Sequence record: NC_070902.1
Strand: one strand, 5' to 3'
DNA: 31,564 nt
Source of the DNA: Escherichia phage 11W
Position 1 is the first letter of the stretch, and each line of letters begins with the position of its first letter. A program made the position numbers and the translations under genes. Positions 9,435 through 18,938 of the stretch are shown here, piece after piece. Below the pieces are notes generated by a model that was not told where the DNA came from, made no database searches, and saw only the letters and a program-made list of their open reading frames with translations.

Positions 9435-10070
9435 ATGAACACTCTCGCAAATATCCAGGAACTCGCGCGCGCACTGCGCAACATGATCCGCACCGGCCTT
9501 GTCGTCGAAACCAACCTTAAAGCCGGTCGCTGCCGTGTGCAGACCGGCGGCATGTGCACCGACTGGCTTCAGTGGCTGACCTGTCGTGCCGGGCGTTCGC
9601 GCACATGGTGGGCACCTTCCGTGGGGGAACAGGTGCTGATTCTGGCCGTGGGCGGTGAACTCGACACGGCGTTCGTTCTGCCGGGGATTTATTCCGGCGA
9701 TAACCCTGCGCCGTCTGCGTCGGCGGATGCACTGCATATCCGTTTTCCTGACGGGGCGGTGATTGAGTATGAACCCGAAACCAGTGCACTCACGGTAAGC
9801 GGAATTAAAACGGCCAGCGTAACGGCTTCTGATTCTGTTACCGCCACGGTGCCGGTGGTCATGGTGAAAGCATCAACCCGCGTCACCCTGGACACACCGG
9901 AGGTGGTCTGCACCAACAGGCTGATTACCGGCACGCTGGAAGTGCAGAAGGGCGGGACGATGCGCGGCAACATTGAACACACCGGCGGTGAACTCTCATC
10001 AAACGGTAAGGTACTGCATACCCATAAACACCCCGGCGACAGCGGCGGCACAACCGGGAGTCCTCTATGA
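9435..10070 (+). CDS. V: Baseplate central spike (P2 gpV)
   Basis: 211 aa, same as P2 V. Confidence 0.9.
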   Translation: MNTLANIQELARALRNMIRTGLVVETNLKAGRCRVQTGGMCTDWLQWLTCRAGRSRTWWAPSVGEQVLILAVGGELDTAFVLPGIYSGDNPAPSASADALHIRFPDGAVIEYEPETSALTVSGIKTASVTASDSVTATVPVVMVKASTRVTLDTPEVVCTNRLITGTLEVQKGGTMRGNIEHTGGELSSNGKVLHTHKHPGDSGGTTGSPL

Positions 10071-10414
10071 CAGCGCGTTATCTCGGAATGAATCGCCGTG
10101 ATGGCCTGACTGTCACTGACCTTGAGCATATCAGCCAGAGTATCGGCGATATCCTGCGCACACCGGTCGGCTCACGGGTGATGCGTCGTGATTACGGCTC
10201 GTTGCTGGCGTCAATGATTGACCAGCCGCAGACCCCGGCGCTTGAGTTGCAGATTAAGGTCGCCTGTTACATGGCGGTGCTGAAATGGGAACCCCGCGTC
10301 ACCCTGTCATCCGTCACTACGGCGCGCAGTTTTGACGGGCGAATGACGGTCACGTTAACCGGTCAGCACAACGACACCGGTCAGCCACTTTCGTTAACCA
10401 TCCATGTGAGTTGA
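10067..10414 (+). CDS. W: Baseplate wedge protein (P2 gpW, gp25-like)
   Basis: 115 aa, overlaps the V stop. Confidence 0.9.
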   Translation: MTARYLGMNRRDGLTVTDLEHISQSIGDILRTPVGSRVMRRDYGSLLASMIDQPQTPALELQIKVACYMAVLKWEPRVTLSSVTTARSFDGRMTVTLTGQHNDTGQPLSLTIHVS

Positions 10415-10418
10415 AACC

Positions 10419-11327
10419 ATGCCGATTATCGACCTGAACCAGCTACCCGCACCGGATGTGGTCGAGGAGCTGGACTTTGAAACCATTCTTGCCGAACGCA
10501 AGGCGACACTGATTTCCCTTTACCCGGAAGACCAGCAGGAGGCGGTCGCCCGTACCCTGACGCTGGAATCCGAGCCTCTCGTCAAACTGCTGGAGGAAAA
10601 CGCTTATCGTGAGCTTATCTGGCGTCAGCGTGTGAATGAGGCCGCACGGGCGGTGATGCTGGCCTGTGCAGCCGGTAATGACCTTGATGTGATTGGTGCC
10701 AATTACAACACCACGCGCCTGACTATCACCCCGGCAGATGATTCGACCATTCCGCCGACACCGGCAGTGATGGAATCTGACACCGATTATCGTCTGCGTA
10801 TTCAGCAGGCGTTTGAGGGCTTAAGCGTCGCCGGGTCGGTGGGTGCTTATCAGTATCATGGTCGCAGTGCCGACGGGCGTGTCGCGGATATTTCTGTAAC
10901 CAGTCCGTCTCCGGCCTGCGTCACCATCTCTGTGCTGTCACGTGAAAATAACGGTGTTGCATCCGAAGACCTGCTGGCCGTGGTGCGTAACGCCCTTAAT
11001 GGCGAGGACGTCAGGCCGGTGGCCGACCGCGTGACCGTGCAGTCTGCCGCCATCGTTGAATACCAGATAAACGCCACGCTTTACCTTTACCCTGGTCCCG
11101 AAAGCGAACCCATACGCGCTGCCGCCGTGAAAAAACTGGAAGCGTACATCACGGCACAGCACCGGCTGGGGCGCGACATCCGTCTGTCTGCCATTTATGC
11201 CGCTTTGCATGTGGAAGGCGTGCAGCGTGTCGAGCTGGCCGCACCACTGGCCGACATCGTGCTCAACAGTACGCAGGCGTCTTTCTGCACCGAATGCCGC
11301 GTCGTGACCGGAGGCTCGGATGAGTGA
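10419..11327 (+). CDS. J: Baseplate wedge protein (P2 gpJ)
   Basis: 302 aa, same as P2 J. Confidence 0.9.
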   Translation: MPIIDLNQLPAPDVVEELDFETILAERKATLISLYPEDQQEAVARTLTLESEPLVKLLEENAYRELIWRQRVNEAARAVMLACAAGNDLDVIGANYNTTRLTITPADDSTIPPTPAVMESDTDYRLRIQQAFEGLSVAGSVGAYQYHGRSADGRVADISVTSPSPACVTISVLSRENNGVASEDLLAVVRNALNGEDVRPVADRVTVQSAAIVEYQINATLYLYPGPESEPIRAAAVKKLEAYITAQHRLGRDIRLSAIYAALHVEGVQRVELAAPLADIVLNSTQASFCTECRVVTGGSDE

Positions 11328-11850
11328 TTCGCGACTGCTGCCGACCGGCTCATCACCGCTTGAAGTTGCCGCCGCAAAAGCCTGTGCGGAAATTGAAAAA
11401 ACGCCGGTCAGTATTCGTGAGCTGTGGAACCCGGATACCTGTCCGGCAAATCTGCTGCCGTGGCTGGCGTGGGCGTTTTCGGTCGACAGGTGGGATGAAA
11501 AGTGGCCGGAAGCGACAAAACGCGCCGTTATCCGCGATGCCTATTTCATCCACTGTCATAAAGGCACTATCGGCGCAATCCGGCGTGTGGTGGAGCCGCT
11601 CGGCTATCTCATCAACGTGACGGAGTGGTGGGAAAACAGTGACCCGCCCGGCACCTTCCGGCTCGATATTGGTGTACTGGAAAGTGGCATCACAGAGGCA
11701 ATGTATCAGGAAATGGAACGGCTGATTGCTGATGCCAAACCCGCAAGTCGCCACCTTATCGGTCTGAACATTATCCAGGACATTCCCGGCTGTCTGTATA
11801 CAGGCGGTGTGGTCTGTGATGGTGATGTTATTACTGTTTATCCCGGATAA
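11320..11850 (+). CDS. I: Baseplate protein (P2 gpI)
   Basis: 176 aa, overlaps J by 8 nt. Confidence 0.9.
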   Translation: MSDSRLLPTGSSPLEVAAAKACAEIEKTPVSIRELWNPDTCPANLLPWLAWAFSVDRWDEKWPEATKRAVIRDAYFIHCHKGTIGAIRRVVEPLGYLINVTEWWENSDPPGTFRLDIGVLESGITEAMYQEMERLIADAKPASRHLIGLNIIQDIPGCLYTGGVVCDGDVITVYPG

Positions 11851-11860
11851 GTGAGAAACA

Positions 11861-14620
11861 ATGAGCACGAAATTTAAAACCGTTATCACTACTGCCGGAG
11901 CCGCAAAGCTGGCAGCCGCCACTGTCCCCGGCGGGNAAAAAGTAAACCTGTCTGCAATGGCCGTGGGTGACGGTAATGGCAAATTGCCGGTGCCGGATGC
12001 CGGTCAGACGAAACTGGTGCATGAGGTCTGGCGTCACGCTCTGAATAAAGTCAGCGTGGATAATAAGAATAAAAACTATATCGTGGCTGAACTGGTGGTA
12101 CCGCCAGAAGTGGGCGGCTTCTGGATGCGTGAACTTGGTCTGTATGACGATGCCGGAACACTGATTGCGGTCGCCAACATGGCAGAAAGCTATAAGCCTG
12201 AACTGGCTGAAGGCTCCGGACGTGCGCAGACCTGCCGCATGGTCATTATTGTCAGTAACGTGGCATCCGTTGAGCTGAGTATTGATGCCAGCACAGTGAT
12301 GGCGACGCAGGATTACGTCGATGACAAAATCGCAGAGCATGAGCAGTCCCGTCGCCATCCTGACGCCACGCTGACAGAAAAAGGTTTTACTCAGTTAAGC
12401 AGTGCAACAAACAGCACCAGTGAAAAGCTGGCAGCAACGCCAAAGGCAGTAAAAGCAGCCTATGACAATGCTGAAAAACGTATGCAGAAAGACCAGAACG
12501 GTGGCGATATTCCAGATAAGGGCGCTTTTCTGGACAATGTTGGCGTTACCAGCCTGACGTTTATGAAAAACAATGGCGAAATGCCGCTTGATGCTGACCT
12601 GAATACATTTGGTCCCGTTAAGGCTTATCTGGGGATCTGGTCTAAAGCTACCTCAACTAACGCAACACTGGAGAAAAATTTCCCGGAAGATAATGCTGTC
12701 GGTGTGCTTGAGGTTTTTGCTGCCGGCAATTTTGCAGGTACGCAACGCTTTACCACAAGAGACGGCAATGTATACATGCGTAAACTCGCCAATAAGTGGA
12801 ATGGCACTGATGGTCCGTGGGGCGTATGGCGTCACACTCAATCAGCTACCCGCCCTTTGAGTACGACTATAGACCTGAATACGCTTGGAGCCGCCGAACA
12901 TCTTGGTTTATGGCGTAACAGTAGCTCGGCTATAGCTTCATATGAACGCAATTATCCAGAGGAAGGCGGCTTTGCTCAGGGGACGCTTGAGATCCTCGAA
13001 GGCGGGAATTATGGAAGAACGCAACGTTATACCACTCGCCGTGGAAATATGTACGTCCGCTGCCTTGCGGCAAGCTGGGATGCATCAAATCCGCAGTGGG
13101 AACCGTGGTTAAGAGTCGGTCATCAGTCAGAGAGTCGTTATTACGACGGGGATTTGAATGATGTGACTTCACCAGGTATTTACAGCGTTACAGGTAAAGC
13201 GACCAACGGTCCAGTACTGGACGGAAACGGCGTGACAGTCCTCGGTATTCTGGAAGTGTTGAGGCGCTTTGATGGTGTTAACGTATGGCAGCGTTATACA
13301 ACTGCCGGAACAGGTACAACCCTTAAAGGTCGCACGTTTGAGCGTGTTTTTACCGGCAGCTCATGGAGCGAATGGCGGGAAGTTTACACATCTTATTCAC
13401 TTCCCCTGAATCTGGGCATCGGTGGCGCAGTGGCAAAACTATCCAGTCTGGACTGGCAGACCTACGACTTTGTACCGGGTAGTCTGATAACCGTTCGGCT
13501 TGATAATATGACCAACATTCCCGACGGTATGGACTGGGGCGTCATTGATGGCAACCTGATAAACATCTCAGTCGGTCCGAGTGATGATTCTGGTTCGGGA
13601 CGCTCGATGCATGTATGGCGCAGCACTGTAAGTAAGGCCAACTACCGCTTTTTTATGGTGCGTATTTCAGGAAATCCGGGAAGCCGCACGATCACAGCAA
13701 GACGAGTACCAATCATTGACGAAGCCCAGACATGGGGCGCGAAACAGACATTCAGTGCTGGCCTTTCTGGTGAACTGTCCGGCAATGCGGCGACAGCAAC
13801 AAAGCTGAAAACAGCCCGTAAAATTAATAACGTTTCGTTTGATGGAACATCAGATATTAACCTGACGCCGAAAAATATTGGTGCATTTGCTTCAGGAAAA
13901 ACAGGAGACACCGTTGCGAATGATAAAGCCGTTGGGTGGAACTGGAGTAGCGGAGCCTATAACGCAACTACTGGTGGGGCATCAACGTTAATTCTTCATT
14001 TTAATATCGGTGAAGGAAGTTGTCCCGCCGCCCAGTTCCGCGTTAATTATAAGAACGGCGGTATTTTTTATCGTTCTGCTCGTGACGGTTACGGATTCGA
14101 GGCTGACTGGTCTGAGTTTTATACCACAACGCGAAAACCTACAGCGGGAGATGTCGGTGCACTGCCGTTATCTGGTGGTCAATTGAATGGTGCTCTGGGT
14201 ATAGGAACATCCAGTGCTCTTGGCGGTAATTCGATTGTTTTGGGTGATAATGACACGGGCTTTAAACAAAATGGTGATGGTAATCTGGATGTTTATGCTA
14301 ATAGCGTCCATATTATGCGCTTTGTCTCGGGAAGTATTCAAAGTAATAAAACCATAAATATTACGGGGCGTGTTAATCCCTCGGATTACGGTAACTTTGA
14401 TTCCCGCTATGTCCGGGATATCCGGCTTGGTGGTGCTGCCACATACAAACCTGCGAACAATGGCATGACATGGACACATCAGGCACCGTCCGGGTGTGTA
14501 TATTCCGGCATTATTGTTCAGGATACCGGCTCAAACTCTGCCGATAACATTGGTGGTGTATATTACAGACCGGTTCAGAAATACATTAACGGGACATGGT
14601 ATAACGTGGCGCAGGTATAA
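11861..14620 (+). CDS. H: Tail fibre protein (P2 gpH homologue, extended)
   Basis: 919 aa. N-terminal part is P2 H-like (MSTKFKTVITTAGAAKLAAATVPGG). The middle carries three tandem repeats and the C-terminus is distinct. One ambiguous base at 11936. Confidence 0.88.
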   Translation: MSTKFKTVITTAGAAKLAAATVPGGXKVNLSAMAVGDGNGKLPVPDAGQTKLVHEVWRHALNKVSVDNKNKNYIVAELVVPPEVGGFWMRELGLYDDAGTLIAVANMAESYKPELAEGSGRAQTCRMVIIVSNVASVELSIDASTVMATQDYVDDKIAEHEQSRRHPDATLTEKGFTQLSSATNSTSEKLAATPKAVKAAYDNAEKRMQKDQNGGDIPDKGAFLDNVGVTSLTFMKNNGEMPLDADLNTFGPVKAYLGIWSKATSTNATLEKNFPEDNAVGVLEVFAAGNFAGTQRFTTRDGNVYMRKLANKWNGTDGPWGVWRHTQSATRPLSTTIDLNTLGAAEHLGLWRNSSSAIASYERNYPEEGGFAQGTLEILEGGNYGRTQRYTTRRGNMYVRCLAASWDASNPQWEPWLRVGHQSESRYYDGDLNDVTSPGIYSVTGKATNGPVLDGNGVTVLGILEVLRRFDGVNVWQRYTTAGTGTTLKGRTFERVFTGSSWSEWREVYTSYSLPLNLGIGGAVAKLSSLDWQTYDFVPGSLITVRLDNMTNIPDGMDWGVIDGNLINISVGPSDDSGSGRSMHVWRSTVSKANYRFFMVRISGNPGSRTITARRVPIIDEAQTWGAKQTFSAGLSGELSGNAATATKLKTARKINNVSFDGTSDINLTPKNIGAFASGKTGDTVANDKAVGWNWSSGAYNATTGGASTLILHFNIGEGSCPAAQFRVNYKNGGIFYRSARDGYGFEADWSEFYTTTRKPTAGDVGALPLSGGQLNGALGIGTSSALGGNSIVLGDNDTGFKQNGDGNLDVYANSVHIMRFVSGSIQSNKTINITGRVNPSDYGNFDSRYVRDIRLGGAATYKPANNGMTWTHQAPSGCVYSGIIVQDTGSNSADNIGGVYYRPVQKYINGTWYNVAQV
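12584..13395 (+). repeat. Three tandem ~90-95-aa protein-level repeats inside the tail fibre gene
   Basis: Repeat units contain DLNT.G...G.W...G.LE.......G.QR(F/Y)TTR.GN.Y.R......W....W..W. Visible at 12584, 12856 and 13138. Diverged at the nucleotide level. Confidence 0.65.
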
Positions 14621-14623
14621 TTT

Positions 14624-15151
14624 ATGCAGCATTTAAAAAATATTACGGCGGGTAATCCAAAAACGGTTGAACAATATCAATTGACAAAGGACTTTGATGT
14701 TGTCTGGNTTTTTTCAGAAGATGGTAAGAACTGGTACGAAGAACAAAAGTATTTTGCTGATGACACGATAAAAATAGCGTACGACAAAGATAATATTATC
14801 CGCTATGTGGAAAAGGATGTGACAGCTATCAGACCGGATGGATTAAGTGTTGTTGAAGTGGCGGATATTACTACTAACCGACGGGCGGACATTTCAGGGG
14901 GCTGGATGTTTAAGGACGGCAAAGTGATTAAACGCATTTATACGGCAGAGGAATTGCTGCAGCAGGCAGAAAACCGGAAAGCCAGACTTCTTGCAGATGC
15001 TGAATCCGTGATTTTGCCGCTGGAGCGCGCGGTCAGACTGAACATGGCAACAGATGAGGAGCGTAGCCGACTGGAAGCATGGGAACGCTACAGCGTTCTG
15101 GTCAGTCGTGTGGAGCCTGCAAATCCTAAATGGCCGGAAATGCCGCAATAA
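14624..15151 (+). CDS. G: Tail fibre assembly chaperone (P2 gpG)
   Basis: 175 aa, immediately after H. Ambiguous base at 14708. Confidence 0.88.
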   Translation: MQHLKNITAGNPKTVEQYQLTKDFDVVWXFSEDGKNWYEEQKYFADDTIKIAYDKDNIIRYVEKDVTAIRPDGLSVVEVADITTNRRADISGGWMFKDGKVIKRIYTAEELLQQAENRKARLLADAESVILPLERAVRLNMATDEERSRLEAWERYSVLVSRVEPANPKWPEMPQ

Positions 15152-16609
15152 GTTGTATGAGCTTACATATCTATTGCGTAGAGTAAAGCATAATCTGACA
15201 GTCCGCTCTGTGCCAGAAGCNGANNNTAGCAGGTGCCAGATGCATCTGTTATTCTTCATTGAATTGAGCAGTATCCTTAACAGGAACTCTGAATACATAA
15301 ATGAAGATGAAAAACATGTCTGAAGTGTTGACCCAAGAAAAGCTTATTTTTGTTGCTNNCCAGAGACTAANNNNACTNNNGAAGNNNNNGANNTATTNNN
15401 NNTTTGANATNAAGGNNCGNTNTGTTNACNAAGCNNCGNNNNAAANANATTNNNCTGGNNNGCTNAGTTCGCAGTTTGATNNTNGCNGCAATGNTTTGTT
15501 TCATGTATCGGAAANNATATNNNNNNNTTTATNCTGCGNAATNATCGTATTCTGATGNTGNAANNNNGAGGCTGCAGATGGANNNNNNNNANTANNNGTC
15601 AGANNGACTAANACTNTTGGGAGTNTGNNATCGNTNNNNAATNTTCACNGCCATNCNCGCTNNTNACTTTTNNTGNNTNNCAANNNNNNGNATNTNTTNN
15701 NNCTNTGANGAANNNNNNNNNNNNNNNNNNNNNNNNNGTNANTCGNNGCTGATTTTNTTGATNTCAACGAGCCTNNNNTNTGNNCCNTNAATTGTCNNNN
15801 NNAANNATTANNNGNGCCTNGNNAGCAGATTGCTGTCANCCTGAGAGTAGCGNAAGGTGATGAAAAAACATGNGTTTGATTANCTTTCTTCTGCAACCAT
15901 TAAGGAATGGCAATGATATTCAACGCTAAGGNTGTTNTTATTCGATATGGACNNNNNNNNNNNGNNNNNNANNNNNNNNNNNNNNNACGCNNTTTATTNN
16001 NNNCNNNNNNTGANGNAAANCNNNNNAATNNNCNTNANTNGNNAGNGNNTNAAATCAACACGACAGAAGGCGTTACNGAAGNTNAAAAGNGNNGNNNNNN
16101 ACTNTTATCAAAACTGCCACCGGATAGCTGGNCACTTGNCANTTNNNNNGGCAGNANNNNNNNNGAANACNNNNNATGAAAGNGNNTAATCTNNCNAANN
16201 NNNNGCTTNAACNCNATAGNAATGGTGTGTGNNCAGAAGATGTAATGANNGNAAAACCAAGNNNNGAGGNTTACATCNAANNNTTGNTNANNCTGNTGAA
16301 TGCGTGGTATTNNNNNNNNNNNNNNNNNNNNNNNNNNNNNNNNNNNNNNNNNNNNNNNNNATCNNNNGAAGCCCATGNCGTCAGCGAACTGTCTGACATT
16401 ATGGTCAAGATTTCCGNAGAACGTTTCANATNNANTNNNATNTGATNTNTGGTTAATCACGTTACACAATACGCATCAATGGACGCTGAGTAGTTCGCGA
16501 GTTTTAAACTTCCAACGTCCGCTTTTCGCTCCAAGCAGACTGTCAGATTTGATAGCGTTTTGGCTATGTAAATTGTCAGTCGGAAAATGAGTGAATACAA
16601 ATCAGGACA
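15152..16609. other. Variable cargo hotspot at the P2 Z/fun position; AT-rich and heavily N-masked, content unresolved
   Basis: About 1.46 kb between G and the terminator before FI. Dense interspersed N from about 15360 to 16445. Readable plus-strand fragments (MKMKNMSEVLTQEKLIFVA at 15301; MAMIFNAK at 15907; EAH.VSELSDIMVKIS.ERF near 16370) are not recognisable to me. Confidence 0.6.
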
Positions 16610-16637
16610 GGCGGGCTGATTGCCCGCCTTTTCTTTA
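16610..16637 (+). terminator. Rho-independent terminator closing the Z/fun-position hotspot
   Basis: Perfect 7-bp stem ggcgggc/gcccgcc with loop tgatt at 16610..16628, followed by ttttcttt. Confidence 0.75.
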
Positions 16638-16732
16638 TCTGTTGTTTCATCCCCTGACCAGCCAGGTCAAATAGCGTCTCATGCTCTGCACAACAGAAAA
16701 TAGTTGCACCCATTAACCACGGAGTTAAACGG
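16638..16732 (+). promoter_or_regulatory. Putative late promoter P_F region
   Basis: Intergenic region between the terminator and FI. Contains the dyad tgacc-N5-ggtca and the direct repeat tgcac-N13-tgcac. Exact Ogr site not resolved. Confidence 0.4.
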
Positions 16733-17923
16733 ATGAGTGACTATCATCACGGCGTGCAGGTGCTGGAGATTAACGACGGCACCCGCGTCATTTCCACCGT
16801 ATCCACTGCCATTGTCGGCATGGTCTGCACGGCCAGCGATGCGGATGCGGAAACCTTTCCCCTCAATAAACCTGTGCTGATTACCAATGTGCAGAGCGCA
16901 ATTGCAAAGGCCGGTAAAAAAGGCACGCTGGCGGCGTCGCTGCAGGCCATCGCCGACCAGTCAAAACCGGTCACCGTTGTTGTGCGCGTGGAAGACGGCA
17001 CCGGCGACGACGAGGAAACGAAACTTGCGCAGACCGTTTCCAATATCATCGGCACCACCGACGAAAACGGTCAGTACACCGGACTGAAAGCCCTGCTGGC
17101 GGCGGAGTCAGTAACCGGTGTTAAACCGCGTATTCTCGGCGTGCCGGGACTGGACACCAAAGAGGTGGCTGTTGCACTGGCATCGGTCTGTCAGAAGCTG
17201 CGCGCTTTCGGGTATATCAGCGCATGGGGCTGTAAGACCATTTCCGAGGTGAAAGCCTACCGCCAGAATTTCAGCCAGCGTGAGCTGATGGTCATCTGGC
17301 CGGATTTCCTCGCATGGGATACGGTCACCAGTACCACCGCCACCGCGTATGCCACCGCCCGTGCGCTGGGTCTGCGCGCTAAAATCGACCAGGAGCAGGG
17401 CTGGCATAAAACGCTGTCCAACGTCGGGGTGAACGGTGTTACCGGCATCAGCGCGTCCGTATTCTGGGATTTGCAGGAGTCCGGCACCGATGCTGACCTG
17501 CTTAACGAGTCAGGCGTCACAACGCTGATTCGCCGTGACGGTTTCCGCTTCTGGGGTAACCGTACCTGCTCTGATGACCCGCTGTTCCTCTTTGAAAACT
17601 ACACCCGCACCGCGCAGGTGCTGGCCGACACGATGGCTGAGGCGCACATGTGGGCGGTGGACAAGCCCATCACCGCAACGCTGATTCGCGACATCGTTGA
17701 CGGCATCAATGCCAAATTCCGTGAGTTGAAAACAAACGGCTATATCGTGGATGCGACCTGCTGGTTCAGCGAAGAATCCAACGATGCGGAAACCCTCAAG
17801 GCCGGAAAACTGTATATCGACTACGACTATACACCGGTACCTCCTCTTGAAAACCTGACCCTGCGCCAGCGTATTACCGATAAATACCTGGCAAATCTGG
17901 TCACCTCGGTTAACAGCAATTAA
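16733..17923 (+). CDS. FI: Contractile tail sheath protein (P2 gpFI)
   Basis: 396 aa, same as P2 FI. GGAG RBS upstream. Confidence 0.93.
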   Translation: MSDYHHGVQVLEINDGTRVISTVSTAIVGMVCTASDADAETFPLNKPVLITNVQSAIAKAGKKGTLAASLQAIADQSKPVTVVVRVEDGTGDDEETKLAQTVSNIIGTTDENGQYTGLKALLAAESVTGVKPRILGVPGLDTKEVAVALASVCQKLRAFGYISAWGCKTISEVKAYRQNFSQRELMVIWPDFLAWDTVTSTTATAYATARALGLRAKIDQEQGWHKTLSNVGVNGVTGISASVFWDLQESGTDADLLNESGVTTLIRRDGFRFWGNRTCSDDPLFLFENYTRTAQVLADTMAEAHMWAVDKPITATLIRDIVDGINAKFRELKTNGYIVDATCWFSEESNDAETLKAGKLYIDYDYTPVPPLENLTLRQRITDKYLANLVTSVNSN

Positions 17924-17935
17924 GGAGCCTGACCG

Positions 17936-18454
17936 ATGGCAATGCCGCGCAAACTCAAGTTAATGAACGTCTTTCTGAACGGCTACAGCTATCAGGGCGT
18001 CGCGAAGTCCGTCACGCTGCCAAAACTGACCCGTAAGCTCGAAAACTATCGCGGTGCGGGGATGAACGGCAGCGCACCGGTAGACCTCGGCCTTGATGAC
18101 GATGCGCTGTCAATGGAGTGGTCGCTCGGTGGCTTCCCGGATTCGGTTATCTGGGAGCTTTACGCCGCAACCGGTGTGGATGCCGTACCGATTCGTTTTG
18201 CAGGCTCTTACCAGCGCGACGATACCGGCGAAACGGTGGCCGTCGAGGTGGCCATGCGTGGACGTCAGAAAGAAATCGACACCGGCGAGGGCAAACAGGG
18301 AGAAGACACCGAGTCGAAAATCTCCGTGGTCTGCACCTATTTCCGGCTGACGATGGACGGTAAGGAGCTGGTCGAAATCGACACCATCAACATGATTGAG
18401 AAGGTGAACGGCGTCGACCGGCTGGAGCAACACCGCCGCAATATCGGCCTGTGA
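17936..18454 (+). CDS. FII: Tail tube protein (P2 gpFII)
   Basis: 172 aa, same as P2 FII. AAGGAG RBS. Confidence 0.93.
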   Translation: MAMPRKLKLMNVFLNGYSYQGVAKSVTLPKLTRKLENYRGAGMNGSAPVDLGLDDDALSMEWSLGGFPDSVIWELYAATGVDAVPIRFAGSYQRDDTGETVAVEVAMRGRQKEIDTGEGKQGEDTESKISVVCTYFRLTMDGKELVEIDTINMIEKVNGVDRLEQHRRNIGL

Positions 18455-18461
18455 TTTTCAT

Positions 18462-18482
18462 CCGGTCAGCCTGGCTGACCGG
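18462..18482 (+). promoter_or_regulatory. Perfect 9-bp stem hairpin between FII and E (possible attenuator or mRNA-processing element)
   Basis: ccggtcagc ctg gctgaccgg, 8 nt after the FII stop. No following U-run, so not a canonical intrinsic terminator. Confidence 0.45.
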
Positions 18483-18510
18483 TTAACCCCGATTCAGAAG
18501 TGAGAAAACC

Positions 18511-18786
18511 ATGAACAAAGAAAACGTCATTACCCTGGACAATCCGGTCAAACGTGGTGAGCAGGTTATCGAACAGGTCACGCTGATGAAACCCAATGCC
18601 GGGACGCTGCGCGGTGTCAGTCTGGCTGCAGTCGCGAACTCCGAAGTCGATGCACTGATTAAAGTGCTGCCGCGCATGACGGCACCGATGCTGACCGAGC
18701 AGGAAGTCGCCGCGCTGGAACTGCCTGACCTTGTGGCGCTGGCCGGTAAGGTGGTCGGTTTTTTGTCGCCGAACTCGGTGCAGTGA
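18511..18786 (+). CDS. E: Tail assembly chaperone (P2 gpE)
   Basis: 91 aa, located between tube and tape measure as in P2. Confidence 0.88.
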   Translation: MNKENVITLDNPVKRGEQVIEQVTLMKPNAGTLRGVSLAAVANSEVDALIKVLPRMTAPMLTEQEVAALELPDLVALAGKVVGFLSPNSVQ

Positions 18787-18938
18787 CGTTTCCGAAAAAT
18801 CTCTCGGTCGATGACCTGATGGCGGATGTGGCAGTGATATTTCACTGGCCGCCATCAGAACTGTATCCCATGAGCCTGACCGAACTCATCACATGGCGCG
18901 AAAAGGCGCTCCGGCGAAGCGGAAACACGAATGAGTAA
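18511..18938 (+). CDS. E': E+E' fusion made by programmed -1 frameshift at the end of E
   Basis: Slippery heptamer TTTTTTG at 18759..18765 within the last E codons. The -1 frame stays open to the TAA at 18936..18938, overlapping the T start. Same arrangement as P2 E/E'. Confidence 0.7.

Noticed and set aside
15360-16445. Possibility that the N-rich block hides a CRISPR array or a tandem repeat
   Set aside because: The readable islands show no recurring unit at regular spacing and translate into ORF-like fragments. Looks like masked coding sequence, not an array.
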